Source: a virus | Lineage: Duplodnaviria > Heunggongvirae > Uroviricota > Caudoviricetes | Strand: one strand, 5' to 3' | Virus record (IMG/VR): IMGVR_UViG_3300027798_000013 | Length of the DNA stretch: 64,000 nucleotides | Shown: in pieces, positions 8,917 through 16,764 of the stretch | Layout: each line of letters opens with the position of its first letter | Numbering within the stretch: the first letter of the stretch is position 1 | Position numbers and translations under genes: made by a program | The notes under the pieces: generated by a model | What the model was told of the DNA's origin: nothing | What the model saw: only the letters and a program-made list of their open reading frames with translations | Database searches by the model: none

Positions 8917-9827
8917 TTGAATTATGGGTGGAAAAATATCGTCCCAGCACTATTGACGGATATGTCTGGCGTGATGGTGGACAGAAACGTCAGGTGGAAA
9001 GTTGGATCAAAGACAAATCAATTCCCCACTTGCTACTGAGCGGGCCGCCTGGTATTGGCAAAACAACAATGGCCAAGATGCTGGTTAATGAAATAGGCAT
9101 TGAAGAAGCTGATGTGCTAGAAGTCAATGCAAGTCGCGAAACTGGTATTGATTTTATTCGTAACAAGATTGTTCCGTTTATCAGTAGCATTGCCTGGGGC
9201 CCATTTAAGGTAGTATTGCTGGACGAAGCAGATCGGTTGAGTCCGCAAGCACAGGATAGCTTAAAAGGCATTGTTGAAGAGTACAGTAGCTTTGCCCGTT
9301 TTATTCTTACTTGTAATAATCCCAACATGGTTGTGCCAGCATTGCACAGTCGTTGTCAGCAGTTTCACTTTACCAAGTTGGATCAAACAGAATTTACAGC
9401 TCGTTCGGCAACAATTCTAGTAGAAGAAAACATCGAGTTTGATCTAGAAACCCTAGATTTATATGTCAGTGCGACCTATCCAGATTTGCGTAAATGCATT
9501 AATATGCTACAGCAAAATACCAGCGAGGGTGCGTTACACGCTCCGCACAAAGAAGATGCAGGCAGTTTGGATTACAGGTTTGAAATGGTTGCATTGTTCA
9601 AAGCAGGTAAGATTAGCGAAGCACGTAAGATGTTGTGTAGCAAAGCTAGACCAGAAGACATGGGTGAAATTTATCGATGGCTGTACGATAACATTGAAAT
9701 ATTCGGTGAAGAAGCAAGTCAGTTCAAGGCTATTCACATTATCAAACAAGGCATGGTTGACCATACACTTGTGATGGATCCTGAAATTAATCTTGCATCG
9801 GTTCTTGTTAGACTTACTAATATATGA
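8913..9827 (+). CDS. Clamp loader AAA+ subunit (RFC small subunit / T4 gp44-like)
   Basis: LWVEKYRP, GPPGIGKTT, LNASRE-like EVNASRE, LLDEAD, SRC motifs. Confidence 0.92.
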   Translation: MIELWVEKYRPSTIDGYVWRDGGQKRQVESWIKDKSIPHLLLSGPPGIGKTTMAKMLVNEIGIEEADVLEVNASRETGIDFIRNKIVPFISSIAWGPFKVVLLDEADRLSPQAQDSLKGIVEEYSSFARFILTCNNPNMVVPALHSRCQQFHFTKLDQTEFTARSATILVEENIEFDLETLDLYVSATYPDLRKCINMLQQNTSEGALHAPHKEDAGSLDYRFEMVALFKAGKISEARKMLCSKARPEDMGEIYRWLYDNIEIFGEEASQFKAIHIIKQGMVDHTLVMDPEINLASVLVRLTNI

Positions 9828-10270
9828 AAGACAAGTTCATAGATGCCTATATGGATGTGGCCGAACGCTTTGCTGAATTAAGCTCGGCACGTAGACTTCA
9901 TGTAGGTGCTATTGTGGTTAAGGATGATAGAATAATATCTATCGGCTACAACGGTATGCCGGCAGGTTGGGACAACAACTGCGAAGATGAAGTTGGACAT
10001 GTGCTAGACGTTGATGAAAATGTTGTTGAAATTAGATTAAAAACTAAACCAGAGGTACTTCATGCTGAAACTAATGCCATTGCTAAACTTGCTAAGTCTA
10101 ACGAATCTGGTATGGGTGCTACTATGTTTATTACCCATGCTCCATGTTTGGACTGTGCCAAACTTATATACCAAAGTGGCATTGGCAGTGTTCTATATAG
10201 GAACTCTTATAGGGATACTAGTGGTGTCACGTTTCTTAAAAAGTCGGGTATTCAAGTAACGCAGATATAA
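9824..10270 (+). CDS. dCMP deaminase
   Basis: IGYNGMP, HAETNAI, THAPCLDCAK zinc-binding motifs. Confidence 0.92.
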   Translation: MKDKFIDAYMDVAERFAELSSARRLHVGAIVVKDDRIISIGYNGMPAGWDNNCEDEVGHVLDVDENVVEIRLKTKPEVLHAETNAIAKLAKSNESGMGATMFITHAPCLDCAKLIYQSGIGSVLYRNSYRDTSGVTFLKKSGIQVTQI

Positions 10271-10272
10271 AA

Positions 10273-10300
10273 ATAGGGGCAACAACGCCCCTATCCTTTT
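10273..10300. terminator. Bidirectional terminator between dCMP deaminase and phoH
   Basis: ATAGGGGC-AACAAC-GCCCCTAT, with an A-run before and CCTTTT after. Confidence 0.75.
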
Positions 10301-10309
10301 GACGTTGAT

Positions 10310-11026
10310 TTAATCACCGTACAGCGATAACACCTCCTTGACTGCATTGTGACGTTCAATATCTTTGTGATCAAATTGCACGATGTCAATATGTTTTAGT
10401 GTTTTGCTGGTCAACAGGCCGCAAAAGTTCACTAAACCATTATCATTGACACGATCTGCTTGCGCCAAATCTCCTGTCACTACCATCTTAGACCCTTCTC
10501 CCAATCGGGTCAGTAGCATTTTCATTTGATTAGTTGTCGCATTTTGCATTTCATCTGCAATAATATAGGCATTCTTGAATGTGCGTCCACGCATGTATGC
10601 CAGTGGACTTATTTCTATCACTCCTTCTTCTAACATCTTAGCGATGTCTTTGGTTTGATAATACTCTCCTAGGACGTCAAATATAGGTCTTGTCCAAGGT
10701 GCCATTTTTTCATTAAGCGTTCCTGGTAAAAATCCTAAATCTTCGTCCACACTAACGGCGGGTCTTGTAACAATGATTTTATCAACTAAACCTTCTTGAA
10801 ACTGCTTGATACCATTTTGCACGGCTAGCATAGTTTTACCCGTGCCTGCTGGGCCAATAGCCAAGACAATACTTTTGGTTTCATCTTGTAACTTTTGGAG
10901 GTATGTTTGCTGGTTGGGACTTCTCGCATACAGACTTACTCTCTGCTTTTTCTGCGGAAGATATGGTTGAAAATCTAACACGTTAACTTCTGATTGAAAA
11001 CGTTTTTTCACTCTTTGTTTACTCAT
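10310..11026 (-). CDS. phoH: PhoH-like ATPase
   Basis: GPAGTGKT, TRPAV, LGFLPG, LAYMRGRTF, DEMQN, GDLAQAD. Confidence 0.95.
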   Translation of the reverse strand: MSKQRVKKRFQSEVNVLDFQPYLPQKKQRVSLYARSPNQQTYLQKLQDETKSIVLAIGPAGTGKTMLAVQNGIKQFQEGLVDKIIVTRPAVSVDEDLGFLPGTLNEKMAPWTRPIFDVLGEYYQTKDIAKMLEEGVIEISPLAYMRGRTFKNAYIIADEMQNATTNQMKMLLTRLGEGSKMVVTGDLAQADRVNDNGLVNFCGLLTSKTLKHIDIVQFDHKDIERHNAVKEVLSLYGD

Positions 11027-11039
11027 TGTTTAATGTCTC

Positions 11040-11108
11040 CTACATTGGGGAATGTAGAACGACTGTAGTGACCGCCCGATAACTACCGTTCGTCCTACAT
11101 AGTATTTA
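11040..11108 (-). promoter_or_regulatory. phoH leader: TAAATA motif plus alternative RNA hairpins
   Basis: TAAATA on minus strand at 11108-11103; long stem 11100-11052; competing hairpin 11057-11040 next to the RBS. Confidence 0.5.
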
Positions 11109-11155
11109 CAGAATACACAGAATAATAAACTGATACGTTATGATTTCGAACCAGC

Positions 11156-11161
11156 TAAATA
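11156..11161 (+). promoter_or_regulatory. Late-promoter-like TAAATA motif
   Basis: 32 nt before ATG 11188; divergent from the phoH motif. Confidence 0.5.
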
Positions 11162-11187
11162 AGTGTAGAAGCTTCTAGGGACAAATC

Positions 11188-11781
11188 ATGCATGATATTA
11201 TAGACATTATTACAAACATACAAGAACTATACGAAAATAATAGTAGTTTGGCCGCGCTTAAAGACTTTGAGCGAGTACTGGACGAAATGGATATGTACGT
11301 ATATAAAAACTGGAGTGATGGTGAATTGGCATTTGGTCCCAAAGTGGAGCGTCATTGGATCACTGCTAGCTTTATGTGGCCACGTGATAAGATGCCAGAT
11401 CCCATGGCCGCTAAACGATTACAAGAAATTGGCTGTAAAATCAGCTATCAGAAAACACACTTGATGGAAGCTCGTCCTATTAAAAATCCTGGTGACATTC
11501 GTCCAGGTACCAAAAAAGGATTCATGGATCGTAAACCTATTTGGGTCGTGGAAGTTACCATGCCAAAGAAACTGGTAGTTGATATTTACAAAGGTTACAT
11601 GAACAGAATGCGCGAAGAACTAGGCGATGATGGATTGAAAACTCAACCGCCAACTCCACTGGATACCAATGCGGCCAGTCAATTAAATACCGCTCCAATT
11701 AGCCCTCCAATGCCAGGTGGTATGCCTCTAGGCGGAGCACCAATCACACCACCGCCGGGTGGCGCACCGATGGCGGCATAA
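11188..11781 (+). CDS. Conserved phage hypothetical protein with Pro-rich tail
   Basis: Long ORF with good codon pattern; C-terminal PPMPGG..PPPGG. Confidence 0.75.
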   Translation: MHDIIDIITNIQELYENNSSLAALKDFERVLDEMDMYVYKNWSDGELAFGPKVERHWITASFMWPRDKMPDPMAAKRLQEIGCKISYQKTHLMEARPIKNPGDIRPGTKKGFMDRKPIWVVEVTMPKKLVVDIYKGYMNRMREELGDDGLKTQPPTPLDTNAASQLNTAPISPPMPGGMPLGGAPITPPPGGAPMAA

Positions 11782-11782
11782 T

Positions 11783-12526
11783 ATGAATATTAACGAATCA
11801 CTCAAAGCAAAAGATCTTAGAAATCTCGTAGACAATATTTTCGAAATTGATAATTACAGAAGTAAGGTTGGAGACGATAGAGATACTGTTGTATTGACAT
11901 TTACAGTTTTTTCTCATGATCCTGCAAAAGATTTAGAAAATTTTATTGAGATGGGTTATGAATTTGTATTGGATTCCGAAGCAACCAAAGGCGAACTTGA
12001 TGATGGAAATTTTCGAGTGTTTGTTGAGTTGGAACGCAGTAGGCATGTACCAGAGCAAATTATAGAAATGCTAGATGGTATTAGTAAATTGACAGACATA
12101 GAAGATTTTAAATTTCGATATCATAAAGAATTTAAAAGCCAAGATGCCACATTAGAAAAATTAACTGCTAAAATTCCAATGGATGGTGATGCATATGATG
12201 TGTCTATCCAAACAGAAGGATTAAATAATTTTAGTAATTTTTTTAGTAGTAGCTATGTAGACAATGTACAATTACTCAGCGAAACTATTAGATTAAAACG
12301 TATTCACAAAGATCCCATTACATTAAAAATTGTTGATTTTGGATCCAAGCAAGAAATGCATGAACAAACAAAAGGCCCAATCATATTAGAAGGTAACGGC
12401 ATGGCTGAAACTATCTATCTAACAAAATACATTGGCAACTATAATATAAACAAAATAGGTTCAAAGTTTATATTAGAAAAAGACGGTTATGCCTTAATAC
12501 TGGAGAAAGCAAATGGCGGATTTTAA
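11783..12526 (+). CDS. Hypothetical protein
   Basis: Start reassigned to ATG 11783 (MNINESLK), right after the upstream stop. Confidence 0.75.
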   Translation: MNINESLKAKDLRNLVDNIFEIDNYRSKVGDDRDTVVLTFTVFSHDPAKDLENFIEMGYEFVLDSEATKGELDDGNFRVFVELERSRHVPEQIIEMLDGISKLTDIEDFKFRYHKEFKSQDATLEKLTAKIPMDGDAYDVSIQTEGLNNFSNFFSSSYVDNVQLLSETIRLKRIHKDPITLKIVDFGSKQEMHEQTKGPIILEGNGMAETIYLTKYIGNYNINKIGSKFILEKDGYALILEKANGGF

Positions 12527-13142
12527 ATTTAATTTTACAAAAGATAAATTCAAAGCTATCATTGGTAACAACCCTTACCTTGATGATTGGTACGAATCTC
12601 TATGTCAAATACTTCCCGATTATGATATTGACACTGTACCACGTGTTGCGGCATTCTTGGCTCAAACCGCACACGAAAGCGGTAACTATCGTGCAATCAA
12701 AGAAAACTTAAATTACAAAGCAGAAAGTCTTTGCAAAGTATGGCCGAGATATTTTCCAGACTTGGCAGTGGCCAAGTCTTATGAAAAACAACCAGAACGC
12801 ATAGCCAATCGAGCATATGGTAATCGCATGGGCAACGGTCCAGAAGAGTCAGGTGATGGTTGGAAATATGCAGGTAAAGGTCTTATTCAGTTAACTGGTA
12901 AAGACAACTACACACGTTACGCCCAAAGTTTAGAAATTAGTGTGGAAGAAGCCAGCGAACATTTGACAACATTTGAAGGTTGTGTACAATCAGCGGCTTG
13001 GTTCTGGGAAGCAAATAATTTAAATCAGTGGGCAGACTCAGGTGACATACTAACAATGACCAAACGTATTAACGGTGGCACTATTGGTCTTGAAGATCGC
13101 ATTAAACATTATGACCACGCACTGCATGTATTAGAGGGTTAA
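12513..13142 (+). CDS. Endolysin, glycoside hydrolase family 19 (chitinase/lysozyme-like)
   Basis: AAFLAQTAHESG, ENLNY, YGNRMGNG, GKGLIQLTGKDNY, TKRINGG. Confidence 0.9.
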   Translation: MADFKFNFTKDKFKAIIGNNPYLDDWYESLCQILPDYDIDTVPRVAAFLAQTAHESGNYRAIKENLNYKAESLCKVWPRYFPDLAVAKSYEKQPERIANRAYGNRMGNGPEESGDGWKYAGKGLIQLTGKDNYTRYAQSLEISVEEASEHLTTFEGCVQSAAWFWEANNLNQWADSGDILTMTKRINGGTIGLEDRIKHYDHALHVLEG

Positions 13143-13145
13143 CCC

Positions 13146-13598
13146 ATGGAACAATTTCAGTGGATGTTTAGCATCATACCAGATGCAATATTGAACTGGG
13201 TCTACTGGGGCATCATTGCTGTGGGATTGACTGGTGTTGTAGCCGGGTGGTTGGGCAAATGGATTCCAGTATACGGAAGATATGCTGGAATATTAAAACC
13301 TATCGGCATTGTTGTTCTTGTGCTGGGTGTATGGTTGCGTGGTGGGTACGACACTGAACTAGCATGGCGTGCCAAAGTAGCAGAAGCAGAAGCAAAAGTA
13401 GTTGCGGCTGAAGCTAAATCCAAAGAAATTAATACTGTTATACAAACACAGTACAGAGACAAAATAAAAACTGTTAAAGAAATACAAGTTGTTGTACAAG
13501 AACGCATAGTTAAAGAAGCCGCTAAAATGGATGCAGAGTGCAAAGTTGATGCAGAAGCCATTAGTATTTTAAATCAAGCCGCGGGAGGTAAGAAATGA
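13146..13598 (+). CDS. Putative inner-membrane spanin (Rz-like)
   Basis: N-terminal TM helices then a coiled coil; directly after the endolysin; C-terminal Cys. Confidence 0.7.
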   Translation: MEQFQWMFSIIPDAILNWVYWGIIAVGLTGVVAGWLGKWIPVYGRYAGILKPIGIVVLVLGVWLRGGYDTELAWRAKVAEAEAKVVAAEAKSKEINTVIQTQYRDKIKTVKEIQVVVQERIVKEAAKMDAECKVDAEAISILNQAAGGKK

Positions 13599-13882
13599 AC
13601 TTGATTAAATTATTCTTTCTTGTAATTTTTATCATACTGGCATTTTTGATAACAGGGTGTGCTACTAGCGTTCCAGTTACTATGAATTTTCCACAAGTTC
13701 CTGAAGAGTTAAAAACAGCTTGCCCAGACTTAAAAACTATTCCCGAAGGCACTACTAAACTAAGTGAAGTTGTTAGTAGCGTTAGTGAAAACTACGGACA
13801 GTACCAAGAATGTAAAATTAAAATAGATGCATGGACGCAGTGGTACAATAGCCAAAAGAAAATATTTGAGAGCATCAAATGA
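13595..13882 (+). CDS. Putative outer-membrane spanin lipoprotein (Rz1-like)
   Basis: Signal peptide with lipobox LITGC; Pro-rich segment, ACPDL; overlaps the i-spanin stop. Confidence 0.72.
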   Translation: MNLIKLFFLVIFIILAFLITGCATSVPVTMNFPQVPEELKTACPDLKTIPEGTTKLSEVVSSVSENYGQYQECKIKIDAWTQWYNSQKKIFESIK

Positions 13883-14280
13883 AAAAATTATTAATAATTT
13901 TAGCAGTATGGGGCTTATCGGGTTGTGCATTAATTGATGCATATTTAATGGCCAGATTTGACAACAACGAATACATGCTGATTAATCGTGTGCGTACCCA
14001 AGCAAATTTAGGTGCGGCCAAGTGTGGTAAACCCGAAGTAGTTGAAGAAGTAGATAGCATATGGCGTACCACTGTGGAGTTAAAAAATTACACTCAAAGT
14101 ATTCCACGCAACGAAGAAGCCACTAAAATGAGCGCAGAGCTAGCAGAAATTGTTAAAGGGCTGAGTGATCGTTACAAGGGCACTGAACCAGTCAGCATGA
14201 TGTACTGTACTACAAAATTTAGCAGTATTGAGCGTAATGCTGTTACTATCCAAAACGTTATAGGGAAGAAACCAAGATGA
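13879..14280 (+). CDS. Lipoprotein of unknown function
   Basis: MKKLLIILAVWGLSGC lipobox. Confidence 0.7.
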   Translation: MKKLLIILAVWGLSGCALIDAYLMARFDNNEYMLINRVRTQANLGAAKCGKPEVVEEVDSIWRTTVELKNYTQSIPRNEEATKMSAELAEIVKGLSDRYKGTEPVSMMYCTTKFSSIERNAVTIQNVIGKKPR

Positions 14281-14525
14281 GCGTGGAACAACAATTAGAA
14301 GCCTTGTTTAACACCGGCGACCCAAGTTTACAAGATTTAGCAGTAAGAGCTAACGAATTAAAAAAATCCTTAGAAGCTAGAGAAATTAGCAAGGGCGAAT
14401 TTATGGAAATGTTACAGGATTTAGCCCACGAAAAGAATATCAACGAATCAGCACACGATTTACAAATAAAAATAGCAGTCAATGCGGCTTTAGAGGCACT
14501 AGTTAATGTAGCAAGTATGTACTAA
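14277..14525 (+). CDS. Hypothetical protein
   Basis: ATGA overlap; helical ORF. Confidence 0.7.
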   Translation: MSVEQQLEALFNTGDPSLQDLAVRANELKKSLEAREISKGEFMEMLQDLAHEKNINESAHDLQIKIAVNAALEALVNVASMY

Positions 14526-14528
14526 ATA
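14523..14528 (+). promoter_or_regulatory. Late-promoter-like TAAATA motif
   Basis: 31 nt before ATG 14554. Confidence 0.5.
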
Positions 14529-14553
14529 TATTATAAAGACAAAGGAGCGAACT

Positions 14554-15033
14554 ATGTCAGAAGAAGTTAAAAGCGCGAGCGAATCAAAAAAAGAAGATTG
14601 GATGAATTCTAAATGGCGTCCAATGATGGGTTGGATGTATATGCTGGTCTGTACTATGGACATGGTTATATTCCCAGTGTTATGGAGTTTGTTACAGTCG
14701 TTAAACGGCGGGCAAGTCACAAGCCAATGGAATCCATTAACATTGCAAGGTGCTGGCTTATTCCACATTGCAATGGGCGCAGTATTAGGTATTGCGGCAT
14801 TTGGTCGTACACAAGAAAAAATGGCAGGAGCAAACAATGGCGGAGCACAAACTCCAACACCTGCGCCAACATTTAGTCCTGCACCAGTAGCGCCTGCTCC
14901 TAGTTTTGGTAACACACCGTTTGTTGCTCCAACAAGTACAAGTTTTGCGCCAGCACCAAGTTGGGGCACAACCCCAGTAACAACAGCAAGCGGTAAGAAG
15001 ATTGTACCGGATGCTGATCAGCCAGCAATTTAA
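14554..15033 (+). CDS. Putative holin (3TM/GTA-holin-like) with Pro-rich C-tail
   Basis: KEDWMNSKWRPMMGW motif, two or more TM segments, lysis-cassette position. Confidence 0.6.
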   Translation: MSEEVKSASESKKEDWMNSKWRPMMGWMYMLVCTMDMVIFPVLWSLLQSLNGGQVTSQWNPLTLQGAGLFHIAMGAVLGIAAFGRTQEKMAGANNGGAQTPTPAPTFSPAPVAPAPSFGNTPFVAPTSTSFAPAPSWGTTPVTTASGKKIVPDADQPAI

Positions 15034-15045
15034 TAGGAGCAAGAT

Positions 15046-15168
15046 ATGTTAGATACATTATTATGGGTAGCAGTAGGAGCATTTGTAGGTTGGAATTTTC
15101 CACAGCCATTTTGGGCAAAGATTATTCAAGAAAAAATTCAAGCCATGTTAGCTAAAAAAGGAGTATAA
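15046..15168 (+). CDS. Small membrane protein, 40 aa (not in ORF track)
   Basis: AGGAG RBS; MLDTLLWVAVGAFVGWNFPQPFWAKIIQEKIQAMLAKKGV. Confidence 0.65.
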   Translation: MLDTLLWVAVGAFVGWNFPQPFWAKIIQEKIQAMLAKKGV

Positions 15169-15169
15169 T

Positions 15170-15385
15170 ATGAAATTAATTTTAGCATTAGTAGCAAGTT
15201 TGGCATTAGTTGGCACAGCATACGCCGGCGGCGAAATGAAAGAAGTTTGCACACCAAAAGTGGACAAAGCAGGCAAGCCAGTAAATGATAAAAAGACTGG
15301 AAAGCAAGCTCAAGATTGTAAAAAAATCAAAGTACACAAGAAAGTAGAAGGCGAAAAAGTTCCAGAACCTGCCAAGAAGAAGTAA
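15170..15385 (+). CDS. Small secreted Lys-rich protein
   Basis: Signal peptide MKLILALVASLALVGTAYA; two Cys. Confidence 0.7.
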   Translation: MKLILALVASLALVGTAYAGGEMKEVCTPKVDKAGKPVNDKKTGKQAQDCKKIKVHKKVEGEKVPEPAKKK

Positions 15386-15393
15386 TCAAAAAC

Positions 15394-15422
15394 TTGACAG
15401 GTCTCCTTTAAGATAGTATAAT
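15394..15422 (+). promoter_or_regulatory. Perfect-consensus sigma70 promoter with overlapping inverted repeat
   Basis: TTGACA-N17-TATAAT; ACAGGTCTC (15397-15405) / GAGACCTGT (15437-15445). Confidence 0.8.
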
Positions 15423-15455
15423 TACTATTATTAACCGAGACCTGTTATTACGACT

Positions 15456-16301
15456 ATGACTGATTATTACCAAACCCTAGGGATTAGCGAAGGTGCTAGT
15501 CCAGAAGAAATTAAGCGAGCATACCGAAGCTTGGCCAATAAACATCATCCCGACAAAGGTGGTGACCAAGCAATGTTCAAAAATATTAGTGTTGCAAACG
15601 ACACATTAAGCGACCCACAGAAACGGGCTGAGTACGACCAACAACGGCGAGCCCCACAAGGTCAGCAATTTCATTTCCATACCGGAAATAATCCTTTTGG
15701 AGATATATTTGGGGGTGCTAGTCCGTTTGGAGATATATTTGGGCAAATGCACAGACAACAAGTTCGAAGAAATAGAGATTTGAACATACAATGTCAAATT
15801 ACATTACTTGACAGTTATCTTGGCAAACAGTTGGAAGCGCAGTTTCAATTGCCCAGTGGTCGAACACAGACCGTAGTAATCAATGTTCCTGCTGGTATAA
15901 GCCATGGCGAAACTATTAGATACAACGGGTTGGGTGACGACAGTGTACAGGGTATACAGCGCGGAGATCTCAATGTAACTATTATTGTGATGAGCGATCC
16001 TAATTTTGAACGTCGCAACGATGACTTGTATACAGTTGTTGAACTTACTCCTATTGAGTCACTGATTGGTTGCAGAAAAAGCGTTAGAACTATCAGCGGC
16101 CAACATATCGATATCGATATTCGTCCAGGAGTTGATACTGGCGTTGAGTTTGCCAGTACCGGCCAAGGATTTAATAATGTACAACGCCGTACCAAAGGAA
16201 GATTTGTAGCGGTGGTTAAAATTAGATCTAAACCAGTTACAGATCCTGTATTAATAGAAAGATTGAGGCAACTAGATGTTGAAATTGCACAAAGAGGATG
16301 A
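15456..16301 (+). CDS. dnaJ: DnaJ/CbpA-type co-chaperone (no zinc finger)
   Basis: DYYQTLG...KHHPDKGG J-domain, G/F region, C-terminal GDL..I...F.R..DDL. Confidence 0.9.
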   Translation: MTDYYQTLGISEGASPEEIKRAYRSLANKHHPDKGGDQAMFKNISVANDTLSDPQKRAEYDQQRRAPQGQQFHFHTGNNPFGDIFGGASPFGDIFGQMHRQQVRRNRDLNIQCQITLLDSYLGKQLEAQFQLPSGRTQTVVINVPAGISHGETIRYNGLGDDSVQGIQRGDLNVTIIVMSDPNFERRNDDLYTVVELTPIESLIGCRKSVRTISGQHIDIDIRPGVDTGVEFASTGQGFNNVQRRTKGRFVAVVKIRSKPVTDPVLIERLRQLDVEIAQRG

Positions 16302-16764
16302 TCCAATTCTTAAACAACCAGCAGAGAACTGGGATTTTGAAAACCATGTCAATGCGGCTGTGGTAGAACGTGAAATGTTAGAACTAATGCGAGCTAATAA
16401 TGCTATTGGTCTAGCAGGCAATCAAATTGGCTTGTTACGCAGAATATTTGTTATGCGCACTACAGACGGTCGTGAATTTGGATGTTTTAATCCGTGGATC
16501 ATGTTTGGCGATAACGATAAGGCAGAAGGTGCGGAAGGTTGTTTGAGCTTTCCAAATCTCTGGCTTAAAGTTGCACGACACAATAAAATTACTGCCAGCT
16601 ATCTTGACAATGCTGGTAAACCATGTATAATAGAACTTGAAGGCCTGGATGCTAGATGCTTCCAGCATGAATTAGACCATTTAAATGGTGTTACGTTTAC
16701 TGAATATGTAAGCAATCTTAAATTACAAATGGCACGGAAAAAACAAAGGAAACTAAATGGTTGA
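16276..16764 (+). CDS. def: Peptide deformylase
   Basis: GLAGNQIG, EGCLS, QHELDHLNG. Confidence 0.95.
   Translation: MLKLHKEDDPILKQPAENWDFENHVNAAVVEREMLELMRANNAIGLAGNQIGLLRRIFVMRTTDGREFGCFNPWIMFGDNDKAEGAEGCLSFPNLWLKVARHNKITASYLDNAGKPCIIELEGLDARCFQHELDHLNGVTFTEYVSNLKLQMARKKQRKLNG

Noticed and set aside
15397-15445. CIRCE heat-shock operator before dnaJ
   Set aside because: Arms and spacing do not match TTAGCACTC-N9-GAGTGCTAA; kept only as an unassigned inverted repeat.
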